A stretch of DNA of 63,987 nt, counting the filler, from Nemertoderma westbladi (taxonomy: Eukaryota; Animalia; Xenacoelomorpha), in the NCBI GenBank assembly GCA_032718475.1. It is 3 parts of 3 records of this genome, joined end to end, with 100 filler letters (N's around TTAATTAATTAA, not from the genome) between each part and the next. Parts side by side here need not be neighbours in the genome. Positions count along the whole stretch, not along the records: positions 1 to 26,581 come from JAUCBJ010005602.1; 2 more parts are not named here. One strand, 5' to 3'. The translations under genes were made by a program, and so were the position numbers. Positions 13,008-25,124 of the stretch are shown one piece after another. The notes below the pieces were generated by a model. It had not been told where the DNA came from and ran no database searches. It saw only the letters and a list, made by a program, of their open reading frames with translations. How positions within the stretch are numbered: the stretch's first letter is position 1; each line of letters starts with the position of its first letter.

Positions 13008-14361
13008 GGTAATGGTGAAAAATATCGAGACTTGAAAAATATCGAGAGTAAAAATAACGAGAGTAAAAATATCGAGAGTAAAAATATCGAGTGTTGAAAA
13101 ATATCTAGAGTAAAAATATCGAGTGTTGAAAAATATCGAGAGTAAAAATATCGAGTGTTGAAAAATATCGAGAGTAAAAATATCGAGTGTTGAAAAATAT
13201 CGAGAGTAAAAATATCGAGTGTTGAAAAATATCTAGAGTAAAAATATCGAGTGTTGAAAAATATCGAGAGTAAAAATATCGAGTGTTGAAAAATATCGAG
13301 AGTAAAAATATCGAGTGTTGAAAAATATCGAGAGTAAAAATATCGAGTGTTGAAAAATATCGAGAGTAAAAATAACGAGTGTTGAAAAATATCGAGTGTT
13401 GAAAAATATCGAGAGTAAAAACATCGAGAGTAAAAATATCGAGTGTTGAAAAATATCGAGAGTAAAAATATTGCATTTTGCTTGAGCATTTTATTTAGAA
13501 TTATGGAACAATATTGCAGTGCATGGGTTACAACAGCGCTAGTGTAAGTAAATGGCATTATGTAATACACCTTGGGTACCCATTTACCAGATTTATTATA
13601 CTAGCTAGTTTTTGCTATTTTTTTAATAAATATTATAAAAGAAGTGATAGCTATAAATTTTGATAAATATTATAAATATTGTTAAATATTATATTAGAAC
13701 ACGTACTGTATAAGCTACCAAATGTTGATAAATATTGTTGTTCTAGAACATTTTTAGTAAAAAAAATTATCATACAACACTTATTTAAAAAAATTGTTAC
13801 TATCGATATTTTTACTCTCGATGTTTTTACTCTCGATATTTTTACTCTCGATATTTTTCAATACTCGATATTTTTCAACACTCAATATTTTTCAACACTC
13901 GATATTTTTACTCTCGATATTTTTCAACACTCGATATTTTTCAACACTCGATATTTTTACTCTCGATATTTTTCAACACTCGATATTTTTACTCTCGATA
14001 TTTTTCAACACTCGATATTTTTACTCTCGATATTTTTCAACACTCGATATTTTTTACTCTCGATGTTTTTCAATACTCGATATTTTTACTCTCGATATTT
14101 TTCAACACTCGATATTTTTCAACACTCGATATTTTTACTCTCGATATTTTTCAACACTCGATATTTTTACTCTCGATATTTTTACTCTCGATATTTTTCA
14201 ACACTCGGTATTTTTACTCTCGATATTTTTACCCTCGATATTTTTACTCTCGATATTTTTTGAACTCTCGATATTATCGTTATTTTTCAACACTCGATGT
14301 TTTTACTCGCGTTATTTTAACTCTCGATATTTTTCATGTCTCGATATTTTTCAATATAACC
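13008..14361. mobile_element. Foldback/Merlin-like non-autonomous element with internally repetitive long inverted arms
   Basis: Termini GGTAATGGTGAAAAATATCGAGAC / GTCTCGATATTTTTCAATATAACC; arms of 15/16-bp AAAATATCGAGAGTA / AAAATATCGAGTGTTG units; AT-rich spacer; 8-bp TSD AATGATAG at 13000-13007 and 14362-14369. Confidence 0.85.
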
Positions 14362-16282
14362 AATGATAGTATTGTGTAGGGATTCAAAATATGGGAAGGT
14401 ACTTAAAGATCAACACGACCGAACACATTCGAACACACCCAAAGACACCCCCAAAACTGCCGAACACAATCGAACAGAGTCGAAAATAGAAAGACCACAA
14501 TTAGCTACGCGTTGCTTTTCTATAAGTAAATCCCAGAAATTATTGAATAAAATTGTCGCGAAATTAAACACCTCGGTTTAATACAGGGTTATCTGAGGTT
14601 GTGGATGCAGATCTTATATCACGATTGACGGCTCTCGACGAGAAAATGGGGAGTTTGCAAACAGTTTTATCGGATAAGATAAAGGATGGTAGAATCTAAG
14701 GTGGACTCCCAGAATCGTGGACAGTCTACCGGTATCATGTTTGGCTGGAGTGGGACTGCCGGTCAGGGGTTCAGCTACCCACCCAATGCTAGCTGGCTGG
14801 GGCGAGTACCGGTACGTTGAATAATCAGCATGCAACCCGTCTCGCAGTGGGGACGGCCACTTTAACCAACTCAAGTGCTACAGGTGCTACATAATAATTA
14901 ATTAGAATAATGGGATGTGTCACAAATCAATTATTCACACCCGTTGACTTTGGAGAAGTTTGCAGTGTCATACATTAAATACTTGGAAATGTCAGTTGTA
15001 AATGAAATCGTGAGTTTTAGGTATTTTTGTGGGACAGAATAAATTTATACAATAATTTTCTGAAAATATTATGGTAATGCAGTTTGAATAATTAAGTAAT
15101 ATATTACTGCATAATGAGAGTTTGCATAGACATTTATAGCGACCACATAGAAAATAATGCTGTAATATTTACTACTAGGTCGAGCGAGCTCCAACAGTGG
15201 AAATGAGATCCTTCCAGGCTTCCCGGTTCTCCATAGTTGTCGCAATTTCGTTTCTCCCAAGTTCAGTATCCCTTTCAAGTTGATCTATATATGTTATGGC
15301 CGGTCGTCCACGACTACGCTTTCCATGAGTTGGTTGCCAGAAAAGTAGATCGGGTATGACCTCGTCTTTACTTCGCCAGCAGTGCCCACTGAATCTTAAT
15401 CTGTATTCACGGAGGGTGGTTTATATAGGTCGGAATGCCGAATGTCTCCAGACGGAGAGTTAGTAGGGGATTGAGGTTGAGGATCTTGCCACGTAATATA
15501 AATATTTGAAAAATAATATATTTACAGTATGCGCATTTCGCCCGTGGCGGGTGTCTTCAGTGGTATAATTTATTATCATATAATAAAATAAATGTTAAAA
15601 CAGTAACGCAACAAATTACTTGCCCACCAAATTAGATACTTTTTAGCACCAAATCGATTAGTTAAAAAAAATCACCTTTCAACAAAAACGGCTCACTCTA
15701 CACCAAAACGGCTCACTTTCCACCAATATAGCTCACTACTATACCAAAACGTATCACTTTAAATTTCAAACGACTTTCCTGTTTACATTCCCGGTACTCT
15801 GTGATATGCGGTATACAATTTGGTGATATTAATTGGTGACAAAGTGATTATTTGGTGCAAATATATCTTATTTGGTGCAAAACAAATATATTGAATATAT
15901 GTGAAATATACGTGAAAAAAATATATATATATGTAAAAAAACATGTAATTTTGTGAAAAATGTCAAATAATGAAATTTTCAAATTCTCTTAAAATTTTCT
16001 GAAATTAATGATGGATATTTTTTTGGTTTGGAAAGTGATATAAATTTGTGAATAAAGTAACCATTTTGGTGCAAAAGTGATATTTTGGTGTATGAGTAAA
16101 TCGTAGTCAAACAGTAAAACGCAATTAATATAAAACGAAATGACTGACAGGGTATAGATCGCGTACAGTATAAAAGAACCGGTCGGTTTCCAGGTTAGGT
16201 GTTAGAAATGGCTGTTAATCTGCGTTCAAGGAGGGTGGTTGATACCGTCCGTGTACGGTTTGTTTCAAAACCTACTTTTGTG

Positions 16283-17527
16283 AACTTTGTTCCAATGGGT
16301 TGCGAATTTGTTCCAATAGGATGCGAACTTTGTTCCAATGAACCCTACCCCTTAGGTTTTAATGACTAACATAAGAATATCGGCATAACAGTTATTAGGA
16401 TTACGATTACGAATCGAATATATACCAACTACTGTATTTCCTAGCGAGACCCAAGACGTATGGTGTAAGACTACGGTGTGGGATGCTTTATATAGAGACC
16501 CGAGACGTATGGTGTAGAGACTACGGTGTGGGATGCTTTATATAGGGACCCGAGACGTATGGTGTAGAGACTGCGGTGTGGGATGCTTTATATAGGGACC
16601 CGAGACGTATGGTGTAGAGACTACGGTGTGGGATGCTTTATATAGGGACCCGAGACGTATGGTGTAGAGACTACGGTGTGGGATGCTTTATATAGGGACC
16701 CGAGACGTATGGTGTAGAGACTACGGTGTGGGATGCTTTATATAGGGACCCGAGACGTATGGTGTAGAGACTACGGTGTGGGATGCTTTATATAGGGACA
16801 CGAGACGTATGGTGTAGAGACTACGGTGTGGGATGCTTTATATAGGGACCCGAGACGTATGGTGTAGAGACTACGGTGTGGGATGCTTTATATAGGGACC
16901 CGAGACGTATGATGTAGAGACTACGGTGTGGGATGCTTTATATAGGGACCCGAGACGTATGGTGTAGAGACTACGGTGTGGGATGCTTTATATAGGGACC
17001 CGAGACGTATGGTGTAGAGACTACGGTGTGGGATGCTTTATATAGGGACCCGAGACGTATGGTGTAGAGACTTCGGTGTGGGATGCTCTATATACTGTAG
17101 AGAATCGACAAGGTTCGTTGTGATCACGCATTAACACAAGGGTGAAGTCCGAAAGTACCTATTTGAAAATTGCTAGATCCTGACGGCATATTTATTAATT
17201 AATAATAAGAGACAGTGGTAGACAGACAGCTGCAGTGTAATATTGCCCCAGGTTGATTCCTGTCAGTCTGTTTAACCAATTTGCACAGACGTTTCCTTAA
17301 CTTTCTAAAAGTACCCAATGCTTCCTGACTGACAAAACTTTATTATATTTTGCGTAAAACGTTATTATATTATATTATTAAGTAGTTGAAATATCAAAGG
17401 TAATTAAAAAAAATTTGATTTGAACAAACTGCGCATCTATTGCAACAAAGTTCGCATCCATTGGAACAAAGTTCGCACCCATTGTAACAAAATTCGCAGT
17501 TGAAGTAGTCTCATTGGAACAAAGTTC
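16283..17527. mobile_element. Degenerate foldback element enclosing the 50-bp array
   Basis: GAACTTTGTTCCAATG repeats at 16283-16340 and their reverse complements CATTGGAACAAAGTTCG at 17438-17527; termini and TSD not resolved. Confidence 0.5.
16446..17093. repeat. 50-bp tandem array (~13 copies)
   Basis: Unit GAGACGTATGGTGTAGAGACTACGGTGTGGGATGCTTTATATAGGGACCC, nearly identical copies. Confidence 0.97.
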
Positions 17528-17688
17528 GTCGTACAAAATATTTCGTCAGTGTCCAGGTTTCACTCCCGCTTCTTCCTTCCTGCTCTTCATCCATGATACA
17601 AGGTACTGGAAGTCGCCGTCAGAGTCGTCAATTAAAAGAGATGCAATCGGCCTTTATTGTAGCATTTATATGCAATCCAACCTCTTTA

Positions 17689-18292
17689 CTACTAGGATCG
17701 GCACGCTGCATTGCAGCTGCATTTTTAAGAATGCTGTGCCGGCTTATCGACAAAATTGCACCGCCACAACTCCCTATCACCCATGACATTTGCTAGATCA
17801 TCCGCATCTTCAAGGCCAGTGTCCTTTAAGATGCGTCTCAAGAAAATCATGGGCTGTCCACCATGCCTATTCACTCCATGAGGCTGCCAAAGTACAAGAT
17901 TATGCCCTGGCTGGTCCTCACGGCGAAAGCAATGTCCTGCAAAGCGGAGGCGATTTTGTTCCAGTGTCAAGCTTGGGGGAACCAATGAGACACCTCCAAT
18001 GTTATATAGTGTCTGGTTGGAGATGTGTGAATTGTACTTGACACAATGAACCCGGCGTAGCATTCTTGTGAATGTACCATCCAGAGATTTGGTGTCCTCA
18101 GCAGTTAGAGCCCAGCATGGACTCCCATAGAGGAGTACTGGAACTACTGCTGCTCTAAATAACCGGACCTTAAGTTTCCGATTAATTCTCGATGACTTCC
18201 AAATCCTGGAAAGCCTATTCAAGGCTGCCCATGCCTTTCCCTTACGTATTCGAAGGTCCTCACCTGACTTCCGGATCCATGATCCCGGATCT
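17689..18292 (-). mobile_element. RTE-clade LINE, 5'-truncated copy 1
   Basis: RT C-terminus RLSRIWKSSRINRKLKVRLFRAAVVPVLLYGSPCW; (TAG)n tail; TSD AACCTCTTTA at 17679-17688 and 18293-18302. Confidence 0.9.
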
Positions 18293-19023
18293 AACCTCTT
18301 TAGTATCCCTTTCCACTTTGTTCAGCATCTGCCAGCGTATTAGAAAGCAGGGCGAAGTCATCCGAAAAGTCGCATATGTTACTGTTTGTTATTTGCGTCG
18401 ATATTCCCCTGGAGCAGCATGAAATTAGATCGTGTCGCAAATCTGACATCGATAACGCCGCCGGCTCCAAATAGTCTTATTAACTTATTTGGTGTAATGT
18501 TATGATTTATGTTGTCACGTTAAATCCATTGTTATTGTGTAGCTAATGGGCCAGTTTCTGCCTCCCATTCAGAGATCTCATTGGGATCTCGCCTTTCCTT
18601 TTGAACAACCCCACCGAGATTGAAGGTTTATTAATTTCGCTACCTTCACGATATTAATTACAGTTTTATTATAATTTCCGATGCAATTCGCGTCACGTCA
18701 ATCAAGCGTCCGATAATATAATCGGTATATTATTTCGAAACTTGTCGAACATATAGAGAACTTCTGCATAATTTTGACTTGTAGTATGTGGGGTGAGTGA
18801 AATAAGCGAGATTAGCATACGGGTACCGCAGATACAATCGTTTTCTGTGGGTCGGCGAAATGTTTGAAGGCTAATAACTAATTAAACCGAACTTCGTACA
18901 TATGTAGCCTAACAGGAAAGTCTGAAAAAAAATTCGCGCGTGGAGATTCAGCAGTTACCTGTTCTTCCGAAAGAGGGCGACTAGGCAGCGGTTTAAATAG
19001 TTGTTGTACCTCTAAGAAAAACT

Positions 19024-19361
19024 GGGTGACTACAAAACAAAAACCCAAATAATAAAGACCTGCATAATATTGTAACATATGTTAGCTTTCGTTTATTGTT
19101 TTGGTTGCCCCAACACGCCTCTGTAACATGCTCCTTTAAATGGCAATGGCACCTAACGCTCTTTGGGACCTGCAAAAAACAAAAAGGTAAAGTGAAGTTA
19201 CGTCCCAAAGATTGTTAGGTCCGAAAGAGCGTTAGGTCCCATTGACATTTAAAGGAGCAGGTTAGTAAAGGAGCAGGTTACAGAGGCGTGTTGGGGGAAC
19301 CCAAACAATAAACGAAAGTTAACACATGTGTTTTGTACAGGTCTTTGTTTTGTAGTCACCC
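19024..19361. mobile_element. MITE, nearly fully palindromic (MULE-like)
   Basis: TIR GGGTGACTACAAAACAAA..., arms ~130 bp; TSD AAGAAAAACT at 19014-19023 and 19362-19371 (8 bp if the termini are TGGG/CCCA). Confidence 0.85.
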
Positions 19362-19739
19362 AAGAAAAACTGGCTTACTTCGTGCTATAATTGTCATTTC
19401 CTATTATTTTGTTATACTACTCTAAGCATTAGACAATCATCTTCATTATTTATGCGACCAACATAAGGACGGATAATAACCCCGGGGGATATTGTCATTG
19501 TTAGAACATTTTCGATGGCGGAAATACGAGACATTCTTGCCCCAATCTATAGATTAGTCACGAAATATAAGCCGTGAGATTCGTGGTTTTAGTTAAAACC
19601 AAACGCACTGACACGTAGTTATTGTGCTAATTGGAGCTCAACAGCAGAAAGTGCGTCCTTATTAATCTACGGTGTAATATAAGTAGAGCGAATTGTGAGA
19701 ATAATTTCATCGAATGATAATATACTGTAATTGATTTTA

Positions 19740-22700
19740 GGGGGGGGGGGGAGGGGGGGGGGGGTACCCCCCCTACAAAACTAAAAAAATGAAATTATTT
19801 TTTTTGTCTCAATTAATGCAAAATTATATTCTGTTTCAGAATATGTACACGATTTTTCACAATTTTCATCCGTTCTTGACTTATTGGACCTTTTAACAGG
19901 CTATCTCAGACTTAATTTTTCAAATTTTCGCCCAAATTTAGTCATGGTGTCTGGTTTTCCACCAGTATTAGTTATTTGCCTTGTTGGGGGCAAAAATAGA
20001 TTAGGATCTATGTTTGAGTTTATGGCGCCAAATTTAAATTGTATTTTACCCCAGTTACGAATCGTAATTCTGTATTTTACCGGTATACACTGACTTCTGC
20101 ACTATAAATTTCAATTCCAGTTGGCCTATTCTTTGATTCATTTTTATTATGCCGTGGAGCCGGGCGGCTGTGACTGCAGCAAAGAGGAGCACTTTCTGGA
20201 AGAAGCGTGGAGAACCAGGAAGAGTACCGGAGCCGGTGCCGACAACCGCCGAGGTTAAACTTTTCCCGGCAGGGAAATTTGGTGATGTCAGTGAAGCTAA
20301 GAACGTTGTCGGAGGGGATATTACCGGTCCCGATACTAGTTACTTATTAGTTAACTTTAGTAACATGAGCTCGTTTATTCAGGGAGTCCATACTGCTGGA
20401 GGTTGTCCTGGAGAAATATCATTAGAACGTAAAGGAACTTATGGGATACAAACATCTTACTGTGTCTCATGTTTTGTTTGTCCGATGGGATTATTTCTCG
20501 GAAACTCTACTGCACCTGATGTTGTGTACAGAGAATCACACTCTCATGAGGCGAATGATGTTAACGATAGAACCGCATATGCCTTTTTGGAAATGGGGTT
20601 GGGGCTGGAAGTTATGTATTTGTTTGCGGAAACTATGGGGATACCATTGTCTATGACAAAATCTAACTTTCAGAAACGGCAAACTAAAATCCTAAACGTT
20701 CACAAGACTGTTGTTAAAGCTGAACTTATAAACGCACGCAAAGAACTAAATAATGGTGATGTAAATATTAATGTGGCCATTACTTATGATGGATCGTGGC
20801 ACAAACGAGGTTTCACCTCAAATTATGGAGTTGGGTTTGCTGTTGCTATGGTAACGGGAAAGGTTCTAGACTATGGTCTTAGGAGTAAACTATGTGAACA
20901 ATGCACATTTGCACCATTTCCTAAGAAAAGTGAAAAATACCTGGAATGGTATGAGAGACACAAACCAGATTGTCAAGGCCCATACTCAGGCTCAAGTGGC
21001 TCAATGGAATCCAGTATTGGAAAATAAATATTTCAACGTTCCAAGGATCAACTACTGAGCACTGACCATGGATTGAAGTTTACCCAAATGGTGTGTGATG
21101 GTGATTCCAGCACATACAATGATGTGTGGAATATATATGGTGTGTGTTCCGGATGTACTGAGTATGGGAAGATGAACTCTACTGATAAAGATAAATTCGA
21201 CTCTGGTTCTGATCAGCGGTATAACGCTGATACTGTAGATACGTGTAACCGGGTTACCTAGATAGATTGCATTAACCATTATCAAAAGCGGCTGGGTCGT
21301 TCATTACGCGATTTAAGGAAGTCTTTGATTACCAAAGGGAAACTTCCAGAGGATAATAGGCCAGTTGGTGGTGGGCCTCATAGACTCACTATGTCTGCAA
21401 TCGACAAACTCAGTAAATATATGGGCACTGCACTCCGCAGATCTATCCAGGAGACTGTTGGTCAATCCGACGATAATCGTTTACACCATCTAAAGAGACA
21501 GATTTTGGCCTCATTGCGTCATTGTGTTATGGGTACACCAGCACAACGCCACTCATATTGTCCTCCTGGGCCATCATCGTATTGCCCGTACAGACGCACA
21601 GGTATAGTTCAGCCTGACAAGAATCACCACCTTGCTTCTGGTTTTTTGGGACACCTCCTACCGATTTACCGTCGGTTGACCAACAGACATCTTCTTCTGC
21701 AGGTTTTGCCTGGTTATACACAGAACCAGTCAGAGGGACTCAACTCCTTAGTTTGGAATAGAGCCCCAAAGCACAGATTCCTTGGAATCGAACGTATAGA
21801 ATTGGCTACAATAAGTGCAGCATTGTACTTTAACCTAGGTGCTAATTCTAGGTCAGTAATCTTGAAGAATCTCCGAGGAACAGTATCTTCACAGTCCGCC
21901 AATTTCCAGAAGCGGAAAGACCTAAAACGGGTACATCGAAGTGTGGAAAAGTACGGGAAGAAAGATGAGAGAAAGAAACGCCATCTCACCAAAATGGCCA
22001 AGTTGGCTGCTGAGGCCGATGACTCATATTCATCAGGTGGCCACTAATTAGCTATTAATTAGTTAGTTTTAATATTGTACTATCTAATTATTTAACTATT
22101 ATTAATTATAATGTATAACTTTTCAAATAAATACCAAATCTATATAGATTTTCAATATCAATGTTTGCATTATTTTTTGTATTAATTAATTAACTAAATT
22201 AATTAATTATTTATTGTTTTAACTATATTAGAAATTGTTATTTGGATTCGAAATTGTCACTATCGAATTCAGCACCATCGATTTAGTTGGGGTTGAGTCC
22301 ATGTTTTTATAGTTTAGCACATTGGTACTCAATTTGTCGCAGTTTTTGTAAATAATATATATAATATATTGGTTCTAACTTTAAATGCAATTTTCTAGGA
22401 ATTTGATTTTTTAAAACGAAAAATACTACTCCTCCGCCATTTTTGAACCAATTTTCATAATTTTTTTATACATTGGTGCTGCATCTGTCAGTAATAAAAC
22501 ATACTTGCCACATTTTTTAATTTTTATTCCTAACTGCTCCAATGTGGCATTTTTCATGATAAAACCCATATTTTTAAGTGAAAAATAATATTTCTAATTA
22601 TAAAATGAAAATTAAATCGAAATTTTATTTTCTGCCAAGTATGTTTCATGTGCAGAACCGTCCTGAGGAAAATAGTGTTAATTTCACCAAATTTGGACCA

Positions 22701-22920
22701 AAACTGACGGTAGAGTAGCGTTTTAAGTGAATTTTGCATTTGCGCACCTGCCCGCTAGAGGGCGACGTAAAATTACAAATATTTTGTTTATGATCATTAT
22801 TTGACCTCCCTGTGGTTGCTCGAACCCCACAAAAGATACATAGTTACATTCAAAGTAGTAGTAATGGCCATGAAAATATAGGGTATTAAGGGGGGGTACC
22901 CCCCCCCCCCCCCCCCCCCC
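19740..22920 (+). mobile_element. Kolobok-type DNA transposon
   Basis: Ends G(n)TACCCCCCT ... AGGGGGGTAC(C)n followed by TTAA (left flank TTAG); encodes a DDE transposase. Confidence 0.8.
20149..22047 (+). pseudogene. Kolobok-H-type ('Mutator-like') DDE transposase with two in-frame stops
   Basis: ORFs 20149, 21073 and 21325 share one frame. Motifs YDGSWHKRG, GKVLDY..SK.C..C, GSSGSME, DGDSSTY, CINHYQKR, H..CP.G..SYC, TQNQSEGLNS.VW...PK. Stops TAA 21025-21027 and TAG 21259-21261. Confidence 0.88.
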
Positions 22921-24810
22921 TTAATCTAATGTATATAAATTAATTTTGGTTATTATAATATTAAATACTGAATCGGGCTCATCATCTTCCTACAAGGAGG
23001 GTAAGTGAAACAAAGGCAACTTATTTTCCTAAAAATTAGGATTTCTAGAGCTGATACATATTCCTCAAAATGACGGCCAAACTGATATCTATACTCTTTT
23101 TGTCAATGACCTACTATAATACATACACTAATTAATATTATAAAATATACTACAGTACAGTACAGTATTATAGTAGGTCATGGTTTGTCCCAGAAATAAT
23201 TTATACAGTCTCTGAAATAAATACAAATTATTGGCTTTATATATAATTTTCGTTGCTCACAATTTGGAATTGAGAGTGGTGGTCTTCCAAAGTTATGGTC
23301 ACCAGTTCGATGCCACATGGAGCTCAATGCCGACTTTGCTAAGCAGTAATATTTCGGATACAAACGCGCATTACAATTATAGAAAGACTCATGATCAATA
23401 AATAATATTGAATGTACTGTATCATATTATATAGCATTAAGCAGAAACGTGGAACTTTACGTGGATATCACCGAAGGACTGTTAAGACGAAATAATTAAC
23501 AATCATTATTTATTACTTGGGAAAAAAGCAGAACTTTTTGACTATATTTTGACTAATATTTAATTAAATAAATGGTCGAGAGAATATGGAAAAAATATTA
23601 TATGTTTTTACTTTCTACGTTCTACAGTATGTACTGTACGTGCCAAATGCTATAATAAAATATAGTGGCCCACAGTTCAGTAGAACACTAGTGGGACCTT
23701 CTCGCAGCAGAAACTGCACGATTATAATTATAACTAATGTATGACAGAACAAGTATTATAATGGCTAGTTATTCTGATATTGGTTTCCGATGTACACACA
23801 CTAATCCACTGACACCGACGTTTTTTGAAAAACGGCCATAGTATAATTAAAACAGTTCGCAGATGGCTCGCAGTTTTGACTCGCCCCACAATATAGTGTT
23901 ACAAAAGAAATCGAACTACAATATTTAATTATATTACTGCTTCCATAGTTCCAGCGATTCCAATTATTGTACTCTTAAACTCCTTATGCTGGCTTACTCA
24001 ATATTAAATAGTATAAAGTTCTGGAATATTTATTAATTTATGTAGAGAGCCGCTAAATATACCAGATATTGGATATTGAGTTCTGTTTTAGAGGAAGCCT
24101 TTCAGACACTAAAGTTTTAATAACTTTTAATGGATTTTGTTCATATAACGTGCAAGCCTTTTCTACATCTACTGTAATAAAATTTAGGAAATTCAACCAA
24201 AAATATTTTCACATTTTCTTATACAGTAGTAAAAAAATTATTTTTTATCATATATTTAACTATTGTTAAGATCATCACCTGTAACTACCTATTTAAATGG
24301 CAGTTCAATTTTTATTCTAATATACTTTTTAACGAGGACCCCCTGGGAGACGAGGTCTTTACCTCAAGCAGTCAAGGGGCATTCCTCGAGGCTAATATAC
24401 ACCATACACATTTTAATCTACTGTACATACAATTTTAAATAATCAAGGTACGAGAGACATACTTTTTAATCTACATACAAATATTAAATTCAACTTGTGA
24501 TTCTAATTAATTGGTACCGGTATTATAAATTAAATATTTTCAGTGATTTTAATGTGATTTTAAGCGTGATTTTAACTTTTAACTTAGCCTGTTAGCCTGC
24601 ATACATTCATAAATTCGATTCGTGATTTTAATTAATTTGTGTTACCGAGCTTTTAACCTACATACTTATTCTTTCAAAATTCAATTTGCGATTTTAACTA
24701 ATTAGATTTTGTGCCTTGTGTTAAATCAGTGTTAACTACTTTCAGTCATGTCAGTTTGTCGTGCATATCTTTACCAGTTGTTGTTTCGTTCCTATACTAT
24801 ATTAGTCCTC

Positions 24811-25124
24811 CAGATAGGCAGATAGGGGGGGGGGGGGGGTGGGGGGGGGGGGGGGGGGGGGACTGGACGCAATGCAAATTCATCCCTCTCCAGGGGAAAT
24901 TCGACGCAAATAACAGCTGATTACTCTCAAAAATAAAACTGTAACCTGTTCTATTGTGTTTAGTTTATTATTTTGGTTAGAATAACGTGCTACTGTAAAT
25001 TAACCTGCTCATTTCCCTTAATTGGTGAATTTAACATTGAGGCGGGATATTAATTCGCCAAGGCGGGTTTTGCGTCGAGTTTCCCCCCCCCCCCCCCACC
25101 CCCCCCCCCCCCCCCCCCTATCTC
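24811..25124. mobile_element. hAT-like MITE with poly-G/poly-C TIRs
   Basis: CAGATAGG(G)n..ACTGGACGCAA / TTGCGTCGAGTTT(C)nTATCTC; 8-bp TSD TAGTCCTC at 24803-24810 and 25125-25132; second copy at 56593. Confidence 0.8.

Noticed and set aside
12968-14366. Long ORFs rich in STLDIF/NTRYF (also 48626-49518)
   Set aside because: Translations of stop-free repeat arms in several frames, not genes.
3311-17093. CRISPR interpretation of the 41-bp and 50-bp arrays (also the 34-bp and 31-bp ones)
   Set aside because: Units are head-to-tail with no unique spacers, there are no cas genes, and the context is eukaryotic.
21025-21261. Stop-codon reassignment suggested by in-frame TAA/TAG in the transposase
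   Set aside because: Other long ORFs are free of internal stops and end at TAA, TAG or TGA; nonsense mutation is simpler.
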